Below are positions 17,135-25,720 of a stretch of DNA of 57,181 bases, piece after piece. The translations under genes were made by a program, and so were the position numbers. The notes under the pieces are model-generated. The model was not told the DNA's origin and made no database searches. It worked only from the letters and a program-made list of their open reading frames with translations. How positions within the stretch are numbered: the first letter of the stretch is position 1; the number at the start of each line of letters is the position of its first letter. The DNA lies in assembly GCA_964642165.1 (NCBI GenBank), contig CAZXOC010000002.1:21241-78421 (forward strand), given 5' to 3'. Source of the stretch: an uncultured Planctomycetaceae bacterium (lineage in GTDB: Bacteria > Planctomycetota > Phycisphaerae > SM23-33).

Positions 17135-18115
17135 CTACTCGTGGATCTCGACGACGTCCTTGTCGCGGAGGGTCTCGGTTCGGTGGACGTGCTGGCCGGC
17201 GAAGCGCTCGCCGCCCCAGATGCGGGCGTACTTCATCTTCTCCGGCAGCTCGCGGTGGATGTACCGGGCGAGGTCCTCCACGGTCGAGCCGATCCGGAGC
17301 GTGAAGGGCCTGTCGTAGTCAGCGGGGCGCCCGGGCTCCTTCGTGTAGACGCGGAGGACCGACAGCAGCTCCCAGAGGCGTCCTCGCAGCTCGTCGAGCC
17401 CCTCGCCCGTGGCGGCGCTGACGGGCCGGACCTCCAGTCTCCCGGCGTACAGCTCCCGCAGGGCGGAGATGTTGTCGGCCGGGGCGAGGTCGACCTTGTT
17501 GCCGATGAGCAGCCCGCAGCGCCGGTAGCGGTCCATCGGGTCGAGCTCGGCGCAGGGCGCGGCGCACAGCGCCAGGGAGCGTTCGGCCAGCAGGGACAGG
17601 ACCATCCCGGCGTCCTCGAGCGGGTCGGCGGCGGCGTCCACGACGACAGCGACGATGTCCGCCAGCCGCACCGCGCCCATCAGCCCCGTCGGCACGTGAC
17701 CCGCCGTGATCGGCGGGCTGTCGAGCAGTTGGATCTGCACGTCCTCGTGCGGCCACATCCCCGGAATCGGCAGCGCCGTCGTGTAGGGGTACTCGGCCAC
17801 CTTGACCGGCGCGTTCGTCGTGGCGGCCACCAGCATGCTCTTGCCGACGTTCGGCGCCCCGATGAGGATGACCTGCCCGGCCCCGCCTCGCGGGACGTGA
17901 AAGGGGTCGGGGCCTCGGGTGGCGCCCTTCTTGCCCTTGGCCTTGCGGAGCTGGCTGATGCGGCGCTTGATGTCCGCCTGCATCTTCTCCGTCCCCTTGT
18001 GCTTGGGGATGGTGCTCAGCATCTCCTGGAGGGCGTCGAGCTTCCCCTCGTCGCTGGTCGCCTCACGGAAGCGCCGTTCGGCGCGCTCGTATTCTGGCGT
18101 GACGTTGGCCGGCAT
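17135..18115 (-). CDS. DRG-like OBG-family GTPase with C-terminal TGS domain
   Basis: N-terminal MPANVTPEY...IPKHKGTEKMQADIKRRISQL; G1 GAPNVGKS, G2 YPYTT, G4 NKVD; TGS LRVYTKEPG...LRDKDVVEIH. Confidence 0.9.
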   Translation of the reverse strand: MPANVTPEYERAERRFREATSDEGKLDALQEMLSTIPKHKGTEKMQADIKRRISQLRKAKGKKGATRGPDPFHVPRGGAGQVILIGAPNVGKSMLVAATTNAPVKVAEYPYTTALPIPGMWPHEDVQIQLLDSPPITAGHVPTGLMGAVRLADIVAVVVDAAADPLEDAGMVLSLLAERSLALCAAPCAELDPMDRYRRCGLLIGNKVDLAPADNISALRELYAGRLEVRPVSAATGEGLDELRGRLWELLSVLRVYTKEPGRPADYDRPFTLRIGSTVEDLARYIHRELPEKMKYARIWGGERFAGQHVHRTETLRDKDVVEIHE

Positions 18116-18185
18116 GTCGCGGCAGGCGCCTCGGAGGAGGCGTCCCTCAGGAAGCCTGCGTGCCTCGCGCTGCGCGCGGGCGCCA

Positions 18186-18935
18186 CTATTCGTCGTAGTC
18201 CTTCAGCGGGCGATACCAGATGTTGCGGAAGCGCACCAGGTCGCCGTGGTCCTGGAGCATGAGCGGCCCGGTCGGCGGGTGCGGCTGGTAGTCGAGGATG
18301 CGCCGGTGCGTCGTCGGGCCCGTGAGCTCCTGGTCGTGATGGACGAGCACGCCGTTGTGGAGGACGGTCACGCGGGCGAGGCTCACGAGCGTCTCGTCGT
18401 CGAAGCGTGGGGCGACCCAGACGATGTCGAAGCTCTGCCACTCGCCGGGTTCGCGGCAGGCGTTGACCAGCGGCGGGCGCTGGCCGTAGATCCCCGCGGT
18501 CGTCCCGTCGGGGTACGTGGGGTTGTCGAAGCAGTCGAGCACCTGGATCTCGTAGCGGCCCATCAGGAACACGCCGCTGTTGCCGCGTCCCTGGCTGTCG
18601 CCCTGGACCTCCGCGGGGGCGGCCCACTCGACGTGGAGCTGGCAGTCGCCGAAGTGCTCGGTGCTCTGGATGTTGCCGGTCTTGGGGGCTACCTGCATGT
18701 AGCCGTTCTCGACCGTCCACTTCATCTCGCCGCCGTCGGCGTGGACCCACCCGGAGGCGTCGGTGCCGTCGAAGAGGACCACCGCGTCGGAGGGCGGCTC
18801 GCCGGGGGCGTCCTGCGTGCTCTCGGTGCCGGGCGCGACGATTCGCGGCTGGGGGCGCGTGCCGTCGTGCACCCTGTACTTCGAGCCGGGAAGCAGCGGG
18901 GTGTCGTCGTAGCCGAGGTTCCTGCCTTCTGCCAC
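18186..18935 (-). CDS. DUF1080 (3-keto-disaccharide hydrolase-like) protein
   Basis: AVVLFDG, GNSGVFLMGRYEIQVLD, LQDHGDLVRFRNIW. GTG start at 18935 after an AAGGAG RBS; no signal peptide. Confidence 0.9.
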   Translation of the reverse strand: MAEGRNLGYDDTPLLPGSKYRVHDGTRPQPRIVAPGTESTQDAPGEPPSDAVVLFDGTDASGWVHADGGEMKWTVENGYMQVAPKTGNIQSTEHFGDCQLHVEWAAPAEVQGDSQGRGNSGVFLMGRYEIQVLDCFDNPTYPDGTTAGIYGQRPPLVNACREPGEWQSFDIVWVAPRFDDETLVSLARVTVLHNGVLVHHDQELTGPTTHRRILDYQPHPPTGPLMLQDHGDLVRFRNIWYRPLKDYDE

Positions 18936-19055
18936 AGCCGGATCTCCTTCCGATGCGGCCCCGCGCAGGCGGCGCCGGAGTCTGCCGATCGGTGACAGCA
19001 TACGCGCCGCGGCGCGCCACGCAAGGAGGCGCCCTCCCCCCGGGTGCGGCGTCGC

Positions 19056-19673
19056 CTACTTCTCCCAGAACCTCCACCAGGGGTGCGAGGCGTGCGCGTC
19101 GGCGCCCCCGGCATCCGGGTGGGCGCGGTGCGCGGCGGCGGGAAGCAGGGCCTGGAGCTCCCGGAGGCGCGTCCGCGCGTAGTTGGCGGGGTTCTGCCGG
19201 TAGGCGGCCGCCGAGGCCTCGCAGGAGAAGGCCGACTCCGGCGGCAGCTCCGCGCCGGCATGGAACTTCAGCGCCTCGGCGAGGCACAGGGCGGCCCGGC
19301 GGGCGAGCCGGCGCGACTCGCCGGGCGGCTCGGCCGAGGACGAGGCGTCCGAGAAGTGGCAATACAGGCCGACCCACTGGCCGAGGTCGATGATGCGGCT
19401 GGGCTGGTCGGTGGGGTTGATGCCGTCGGGGTCGTCGGCGGCCGCGGGCACGTCGTGCTGCCAGCGGAAGCGGAAGGTGTGGTCGCGCCCGCACCGCCTG
19501 CACCGGGCATACACGACCGCCTCGCGCGGGCCGGGCCCCTGCCGCAGCGCGTCGCCGGCGGGCTCCGGCGGCTCGACGGGCGCAAGGGGCCCGCGCCCGC
19601 AGCCGGCGCAGGACGTCACCATCAGGTAGTACGGCACCTCGTTTGGCGTCTGCGCCCGCAGTGGCTCGTCCAT
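19056..19673 (-). CDS. Hypothetical protein with two CxxC motifs
   Basis: CAGCG and CRRCG pairs, IIDLGQW, C-terminal PWWRFWEK; fills the gap between its neighbours. Confidence 0.7.
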   Translation of the reverse strand: MDEPLRAQTPNEVPYYLMVTSCAGCGRGPLAPVEPPEPAGDALRQGPGPREAVVYARCRRCGRDHTFRFRWQHDVPAAADDPDGINPTDQPSRIIDLGQWVGLYCHFSDASSSAEPPGESRRLARRAALCLAEALKFHAGAELPPESAFSCEASAAAYRQNPANYARTRLRELQALLPAAAHRAHPDAGGADAHASHPWWRFWEK

Positions 19674-19816
19674 GGTTCTGTCCCAGGCCGGACCCCGTCC
19701 GGGGCGCCAGGTGGGCCAGCCGCCGGCGTGGGGAGACGGATCGAGCCGCGCCCGGCCGCTACGAACGGCGAAGTGGTTCTGCTACGAGATGGAACCCCGG
19801 CGGGGGCCGGGGGGTC

Positions 19817-20686
19817 CTACGGACTGCCGCCGTCGCCGCCGTCGCCCTTGGCGGCCTTGCGGGCTTCCTCGAGCCGCTCCATGGCGGGCTTGATGCGCTC
19901 CTCCATGAGGTCCATGGCGGTTTTGTCGAGGTTGCCCTCGGTGATCTCGGCGTCGCGGACGCCGTCGGCGAGCTTCGTGGCGAAGGCCGTCTGCACCCGC
20001 GCCAGCTCGGCGAGAACGAGGTACATCTGCTTCTCGGCATCGGTGAGCTGGATCTCCCAGGCGGCGGCGTCGCCCTCGCCCTTGGTGAGCTTCAGCGGCG
20101 TGCCGGCGCCGGTGACGGTGACGGTGTTGCCGTCGGTCTTGTAGTCCAGCATGTCGGTGGCCAGGTCGCCGAGGCTGGCGAGGATCGGCCCGCCGTCCGA
20201 GCCCGCACCGAGCGCCTGGTTCAGCGAGGCCGGCAGCTCCTTCATCCCGAGCATGCTGTTGGCGACCTTCTGGAGCTCGCCCTTGGCCTTGGCGAGCTCG
20301 GCCAGCGCGGCGACCACGTCCTTCATCGCGTCGGTGTCGTCGTCGCTGAAGTACTCCAGGATGGCCGATAGCTGACCGCTCTTGCCCGCCTCGATCATCT
20401 TGCCCACGACGCCCCGGACCTGGGTGACGGTGGCGTCTTCCTCGCCCCCGGCGCCCCCGCGGGCGCCGGTGCCGGCGCTGGCCACCGCTCGCGCGACCTC
20501 ATCGGCCAGCTTCGCCTGGTCGGCGAGAAGATTGTGGTCCACCTGGACCACCAGGTTGGTGGGCGGCGCGTCGATCTGCGGGTCGTATTCGGCCGTGTCG
20601 TCCGGGGGCTGGTTCGCCTCGCAGCCGATCAGCAGCCCCGCAAGTACCACGACCGCTATTCTCGTTCCCATCGCCCAACGCCTCAT
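19817..20686 (-). CDS. Hypothetical lipoprotein
   Basis: AAGGAG RBS; lipobox LLIG-C; acidic, helical, non-shadow amino-acid composition. Confidence 0.78.
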   Translation of the reverse strand: MRRWAMGTRIAVVVLAGLLIGCEANQPPDDTAEYDPQIDAPPTNLVVQVDHNLLADQAKLADEVARAVASAGTGARGGAGGEEDATVTQVRGVVGKMIEAGKSGQLSAILEYFSDDDTDAMKDVVAALAELAKAKGELQKVANSMLGMKELPASLNQALGAGSDGGPILASLGDLATDMLDYKTDGNTVTVTGAGTPLKLTKGEGDAAAWEIQLTDAEKQMYLVLAELARVQTAFATKLADGVRDAEITEGNLDKTAMDLMEERIKPAMERLEEARKAAKGDGGDGGSP

Positions 20687-20774
20687 CTCGCGCTCCTTCC
20701 GGTCCGAAAGGTCGGTTCGCTCCTGCGGCAGCGGCCTGTTTCACCGGCCGATGCGTTCGGCGGCCGCATCATCC

Positions 20775-20803
20775 AAGGTACCACGCAACGCCCGGCCAGT
20801 CCA
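20775..20803 (-). promoter_or_regulatory. Putative promoter of the lipoprotein gene
   Basis: Minus strand TGGACT-N17-TACCTT with an extended -10 (TGn). Confidence 0.4.
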
Positions 20804-20826
20804 TTCCGTCCGCACGTCCGCGGCGG

Positions 20827-21714
20827 TCATATCTCCTCGTCTTCCTCCGGGGGCTCGACGGGCTGTTCGCCCGGCCAGGAGATGCCCAGCTCGCCCAGCG
20901 CGTTGCGCTCGACCATCCCGCGCAGCGCCTCGCGCGGCACCGGCGGCAGGTTCGTGCCCTGGGTCACCTCGTTCATGCGGTAGATGCACTTGATGGCCTC
21001 GGCGGCGGAGGAATACGGGAAGTCGCTGCCGAAGAGGATCTTGTCCATCACGTGGAACTGGTGGGCCAGCACCAGGGCGTTGTACGCCTGCCAGGGGCGG
21101 TGGATGAGCCCGGCGATGTCCGCGTAGACCCGCGGGTGCTTGCCCAGCAGCGCGATGCCTTCCTCGATCCAGGGATGCCCCAGCGAGGAGATCACGATCA
21201 CCAGGTCGGGGAACTCCCGCGCGACCTCGTCCAGGAGGGACGGGCGAGCGTATTCCATGCGTCCCCCGGCCGGAAAGTGCGTGCCCTGGCAGAAGAGCAC
21301 CGGCGCGCCCTGCTGCCCGGCGAGCTCGTAGAGCTTCATGGCGCGGCTGTCGGCGGGGTGGACGTCCTGGGCGGCGGGGTTGACGGTGAGCCCGCGGAAC
21401 TGGTCGCGGCGGAGGAGGGACTCGGCCTCCTGGAGGGCGCCGTCGTCGGCGGGGTCGACGGCGGCGATGCCGATCATCTTGTCGGCGTGCTGGGCGACGT
21501 AGTCGGCGAGGAACTCGTTGGGCACGTGGGCGCCGAGCGAGACGCTGCGATAGCCCAGCACGAGGGTCTTGTCCACGCACTCGGCGGCGGCGGCGTGCTC
21601 GCCCGCCCCGGCGTCGACGTCCTCGCGCCCGCACTGGAGGCGGATGTAGTCCCGCCCGCCCCGGCCAAGCTGATCCGGGCTCGACCAGATGTGTGTGTGG
21701 CAGTCAACGATCAT
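20827..21714 (-). CDS. Amidohydrolase family protein (second paralogue)
   Basis: MIVDCHTH, LGHPW, VYADIAG, KILFGSDFP. Confidence 0.88.
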   Translation of the reverse strand: MIVDCHTHIWSSPDQLGRGGRDYIRLQCGREDVDAGAGEHAAAAECVDKTLVLGYRSVSLGAHVPNEFLADYVAQHADKMIGIAAVDPADDGALQEAESLLRRDQFRGLTVNPAAQDVHPADSRAMKLYELAGQQGAPVLFCQGTHFPAGGRMEYARPSLLDEVAREFPDLVIVISSLGHPWIEEGIALLGKHPRVYADIAGLIHRPWQAYNALVLAHQFHVMDKILFGSDFPYSSAAEAIKCIYRMNEVTQGTNLPPVPREALRGMVERNALGELGISWPGEQPVEPPEEDEEI

Positions 21715-21765
21715 TCGTGCGTTCCGTCCGGGGCTTGCGCGCTCGGCGGCGCCCCACGCGGGGGT

Positions 21766-21794
21766 ATTCTAGGGACCGCCGCGGCGCCACGCAA
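21766..21794 (-). promoter_or_regulatory. Putative sigma70 promoter of amidohydrolase 2
   Basis: Minus strand TTGCGT-N17-TAGAAT. Confidence 0.55.
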
Positions 21795-21835
21795 CCGTGC
21801 AGGCCGGCCGATGGCGCTCGTGTCCGCTGAGCCCG

Positions 21836-22648
21836 TCACGGCCCGATCAGCCGCCGCAGATAGGCCGCGTACGCCGGCAGCGCCACCTCGGGCTCGGCAA
21901 TCTCCGGGTGCCAGAGCTTCTCCCACTCCAACGTGAGGTAGTCACAGTGGCCGTCGGCCTGGAGCAGCGAGACGATCTCCGCCAGGGGCACGTCCCCCTC
22001 GCCGGGCAGGCAGTAGTCGAACTCGCCGTCCGGCCGGCGGCGGCTGTCCTTGACGTGCGTATAGCGCGTGTAGCGCCCGATGTTGCGCCAGCTTTCCTGC
22101 GGCGACTCGCCGTGCAGGCGGTAGGGATGGTGCACGTCCCACAGCGCGCAGACGTTCGGCGCGTCGGTCCGCCGGAACAACTCCGCCAGGAGGGAGGTAT
22201 CGACCCAGGCATCGTGGGTCTCGACGGCGAGGATGGCGGGGTGGGCGGCCCGGGCGAGCTTGTCCAGGCCCGCGACGGCCATCTCCACGGCGTCGCCGCG
22301 CGACGCGTCGCCCACGGCCCCGCCGAAGACGCGGACGAACCGCGCGGCGAAGATGCCGCACAGCTCGGCGTAGCGCCGCACCTCCTCGATCGCAGCGGCC
22401 AGGCCCTCCTCGTCCGGCTGGCACAGCCGCACGCTGCTGGACAGACACGCCACGGTCAGCCCGGCGTCGGCGAGCTTGCGTGCCGCCGCCGCCGCGGCCG
22501 ACGGGGCGAACTCCGGCAGCTTACACAGGTCCATCTGCCCGCGGTAGCCGCGGAAATCGACGCCGTCATAGCCGTACTCGCGCGCCCGGGCGATGATCTC
22601 GTCCAGGTCCCATTCCGGACACGCGAGCGTCGTGAACGCGATCTTCAT
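21836..22648 (-). CDS. Sugar phosphate isomerase/epimerase (xylose-isomerase-like TIM barrel)
   Basis: MKIAFTTLACP, GYDGVDFR, VETHD, WDVHH, THVKD, TLEWE. Confidence 0.88.
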   Translation of the reverse strand: MKIAFTTLACPEWDLDEIIARAREYGYDGVDFRGYRGQMDLCKLPEFAPSAAAAAARKLADAGLTVACLSSSVRLCQPDEEGLAAAIEEVRRYAELCGIFAARFVRVFGGAVGDASRGDAVEMAVAGLDKLARAAHPAILAVETHDAWVDTSLLAELFRRTDAPNVCALWDVHHPYRLHGESPQESWRNIGRYTRYTHVKDSRRRPDGEFDYCLPGEGDVPLAEIVSLLQADGHCDYLTLEWEKLWHPEIAEPEVALPAYAAYLRRLIGP

Positions 22649-22693
22649 GAAGCACTCCCGTCCGGCGCCGAGCCCGGTGGTCGGCCGGTGGCG

Positions 22694-22975
22694 TCAGGCC
22701 TCGGGCGCCTCGGCGGCGCCTTCGTCTTCCAGCTCGCCGGTCGCCGCGAGCAAGCCGTCGTCGCCCTTGCCGAGGACCTGGATCTTTTTCTCCGCCCGGT
22801 CCAGGATCGCGCGGCAGCGCCCGACCAGCTCGATGCCCTCGGCGTACTTCTCGATGGACTCCTCCAGCGGCACCTCGCCTTCCTCGATCGCCGAGACGAT
22901 CGCCTCCAGCTTCTCCAGCGCCTGCTCGAACGTCAGCGCCGCCTTGTCCTTCTCGCCTTGCGCTTCCTCGGTCAT
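22694..22975 (-). CDS. xseB: Exodeoxyribonuclease VII small subunit
   Basis: LTFEQALEKLEAIVSAIEEGEVPLEESIEKYAEG...AEKKI. Confidence 0.95.
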   Translation of the reverse strand: MTEEAQGEKDKAALTFEQALEKLEAIVSAIEEGEVPLEESIEKYAEGIELVGRCRAILDRAEKKIQVLGKGDDGLLAATGELEDEGAAEAPEA

Positions 22976-22991
22976 GATGCACCTGATCTCG

Positions 22992-24590
22992 TCAATCGAA
23001 GAGCCCCGGGCCCTCGGGAGGTCGCGCCTTCGGCGCTCGGGGCCTGCGGGGCGGTCGGGCCTTCGCGGCGCCGGCGCCCTCGACGCGGCTGCGGAAACGC
23101 CCGTCGACCAGTTCCGTCTCGACCACTTCGCCCCCGGCCACCTGCTGCGCCGACCGGACGATCCGCCCCGCCGAGCGCGTCACGCTGTAGCCCCGCCTCA
23201 GCACGTGCCGGTAGCTCATCGCCTCGAGCTGCCGCGCGGCGGCGCGGACCTTCTCCCGCACCACGTCGACGCGGTGCCGGGGATGCGCCGCCATCATCCG
23301 CGCCACCAGGGCGCCGAGCACGTCGCCCGCCCGTTTGCTCCGCCCGCCCAGCGCCCATGCCAGGCGGTTGCCCAGCCGGTCCACCCTCGCGGCGGCCCGT
23401 TCGTGCAGCCGCGCCGGGTGCAGCGCCGCCAGCCGGTTCGCGCCGGGTTCCAGCCGGCGCCGCGCGCCCGCGACCGCCTCGCGCACCGCCGCGCGGAGCC
23501 GGTGGGCCAACTCGTCCACCCGCTGCACCTGCGTGCGCAGCGGAGCCGACGGATCGCGGAACATCGCGCTGCGGCAGACGGCCTCCAGCACGGCGCGGGC
23601 GCCGTCGAGGCGCTGTCGCGCCAGGCGTCGAAGCCGCATGGCCGACGAGGCGATCTGCTCGGCAACGGCGTCGCGGTCGGGGACGGCCCGTTCGGCGGCC
23701 GCCGTGGGCGTCGCCGCCCGGACGTCGGCGACGAGATCGCAGATGGTCACGTCGACCTCGTGCCCGACGCCGCTGATGATGGGCGTGCGAGCGGCGAAGA
23801 CCGCCCGGGCGACGGCCTCGGCGTTGAACGGCCAGAGGTCCTCCAGGCTTCCCCCCCCGCGCGCGAGGAGGATCGTCTCGATGCCGAGGCGCGCGGCATT
23901 CTCGTCGAGCAGGGCGACGGCCTCGGCGATCTGACCGGCGGCTTCGTCGCCCTGGACCAGCACCGGCAACAGGTAGACGGTCGCGGCGGGCCAGCGGCGC
24001 GCCAGCGTCCGCCGGATGTCGCGGATCGCCGCGCCCGTCTCGCTCGTGATCACGCCGATGGCACGCGGGAACCTCGGGATGGGCTTCTTGGCGGCCGCGT
24101 CGAACAGGCCCTCGCGCTGGAGCCTGTCCTTGAGCTGACGGAAGGCCAGCTCGAGCGACCCGGCCCCCTTGGGGGTCATGCGCTCGACGTAGAGCTGGAG
24201 CTGCCCGCGGACGTCGTAGACGTCCACGCGCGCCTCGGCGACGACCTCGAGCCCGTCCTCGGGGGGGAACTTCAGCCGCGCCGCCGCCGAGCGGAACATC
24301 ACCGCGTCGATGGACGCCCCCGCGTCCTTCAGCCGGAAGTACAGGTGCCCCGAACCGTGCCGGCGGAAGTTGCTGATCTCCCCGACGACGGCGACACGCT
24401 GGGGGAAGGCCTCGGCGAGCGCGACCTTGACGCTCGCCACGAGGCGGGAGACGGACAGCGGCCCGCGCTCGGGTGCGCCCGGGGGCCCCTGGCGCTGCTC
24501 GGCCAGGTCGCAGCCCACGTCGGGGCCCTTCCGCGGTCCACGCGCCTTGCTCGGGTCGAAGTCGAAGAATGGGTTCTTCTCGCGGCTCAT
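22992..24590 (-). CDS. xseA: Exodeoxyribonuclease VII large subunit
   Basis: GEISNF, SGHLYFRLKD, IGVITSETGAAIRD, ARGGGSLEDLWPFN, SGVGHEVD, TPTAAA, LRRGYS. Start at ATG 24590; the track ORF extends upstream as a shadow. Confidence 0.95.
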   Translation of the reverse strand: MSREKNPFFDFDPSKARGPRKGPDVGCDLAEQRQGPPGAPERGPLSVSRLVASVKVALAEAFPQRVAVVGEISNFRRHGSGHLYFRLKDAGASIDAVMFRSAAARLKFPPEDGLEVVAEARVDVYDVRGQLQLYVERMTPKGAGSLELAFRQLKDRLQREGLFDAAAKKPIPRFPRAIGVITSETGAAIRDIRRTLARRWPAATVYLLPVLVQGDEAAGQIAEAVALLDENAARLGIETILLARGGGSLEDLWPFNAEAVARAVFAARTPIISGVGHEVDVTICDLVADVRAATPTAAAERAVPDRDAVAEQIASSAMRLRRLARQRLDGARAVLEAVCRSAMFRDPSAPLRTQVQRVDELAHRLRAAVREAVAGARRRLEPGANRLAALHPARLHERAAARVDRLGNRLAWALGGRSKRAGDVLGALVARMMAAHPRHRVDVVREKVRAAARQLEAMSYRHVLRRGYSVTRSAGRIVRSAQQVAGGEVVETELVDGRFRSRVEGAGAAKARPPRRPRAPKARPPEGPGLFD

Positions 24591-24634
24591 GCCGCGGGCA
24601 TTGTACCCGCTGGCCCGGCGCAAGGGGACTGCTT

Positions 24635-25720
24635 TCAAGCACTCCCCAGGCGCTCGAGGGCCCATTGCGCCGGCTCGCGCAGCTCCGGTCGGCGCCGCTT
24701 CAGCTCGTGGAGGGCCGCGACGAGCCGTCCGGAGCCGTCCGTTCCGGCTGAATTGCCGGCCGCGATGGTGGCGTTGCGAAGCAGCATGTCGTACCGAACG
24801 CGTCGCGCGGCGGAGCCCGTCGTCGCGGCGTCCCAGTCGGCCTCGTTCCACGACAGGACCTCCACCAGGTCCGCGCCCCCCAGCGGCGGGCGAACGGCAC
24901 GAAGCTCGGCGTCGCCCGGCGGCGCGTCGCGGTTGTGCGGACAGGCCTCCTGGCAGGCGTCGCAGCCGACGAGCCGGCGCCCCATGCGGGGCCAGAGGTC
25001 GCGCTCGATGGGCCCGCGGTGCTCGACGGTGAGGTAGCTGATACAGCGCCGGGCGTCGAGGCCCCCCTCCGTCAGCGCCCCGGTCGGACACGCGCGAAGG
25101 CAGGCGCCGCAGTCGCTGCAGTCGTTCGCCAGGCCCCCGTCCGGGCACAGCGGCAGGTTGCAGACGATCTCGCAGAGGCAGACGTAGCTGCCCAGGCCGG
25201 GCACGACGAGGCAGCAGTTCCGGCCGATCCAGCCGACGCCGGCGGCCAGGGCGAGGCTGCGCTCCAGGACCGGCCCGGAGTCCACGAACGCCCGGCCGGC
25301 GAAGCCCGGCGCGATCTGCCGGATGCGGTCCATCAGGCGAACACACCGGCGCTTGAGGACCTTGTGGTAGTCGCGTCCCCGGGCGTACCGCGCGACGAGG
25401 CCGGGCGCCGAAGGGGCCGCCGCCCCGTCGTCCGGGGCGTAGCCGGCGGCGAGGCAGATCACGCTCCGGGCGCCGGGCACGAGGCGCTCCGGGCGGACGC
25501 GCTTGGCCACGTTGCGGGCCAGGTAGCCCATCGTCCCGTGCCGCCCGTCCGCCAGCCACTGCCGGAAGCGTTCCGCATCCGCCACGAGGCCGGCCGCGGC
25601 GATCCCCACGCGCGCAAAGCCAGCCTCCCGGCTGAGACGTTTGACGGTGGCGGTGAGCTCGTCGCGGGCGCGCATGTCAGCAGTGTAACCGCTCCAGACG
25701 GAATCGCGGAGCCGCGTCAC
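24635..25720 (-). CDS. queG: Epoxyqueuosine reductase
   Basis: ARYARGRDYH, FVDSGPVLER, GWIGRN, CSDCGACLRACPTGA, CISYLTVE, GCDACQEACP. Start is either the GTG at 25720 (GTGA overlap) or the ATG at 25675. Confidence 0.93.
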   Translation of the reverse strand: MTRLRDSVWSGYTADMRARDELTATVKRLSREAGFARVGIAAAGLVADAERFRQWLADGRHGTMGYLARNVAKRVRPERLVPGARSVICLAAGYAPDDGAAAPSAPGLVARYARGRDYHKVLKRRCVRLMDRIRQIAPGFAGRAFVDSGPVLERSLALAAGVGWIGRNCCLVVPGLGSYVCLCEIVCNLPLCPDGGLANDCSDCGACLRACPTGALTEGGLDARRCISYLTVEHRGPIERDLWPRMGRRLVGCDACQEACPHNRDAPPGDAELRAVRPPLGGADLVEVLSWNEADWDAATTGSAARRVRYDMLLRNATIAAGNSAGTDGSGRLVAALHELKRRRPELREPAQWALERLGSA

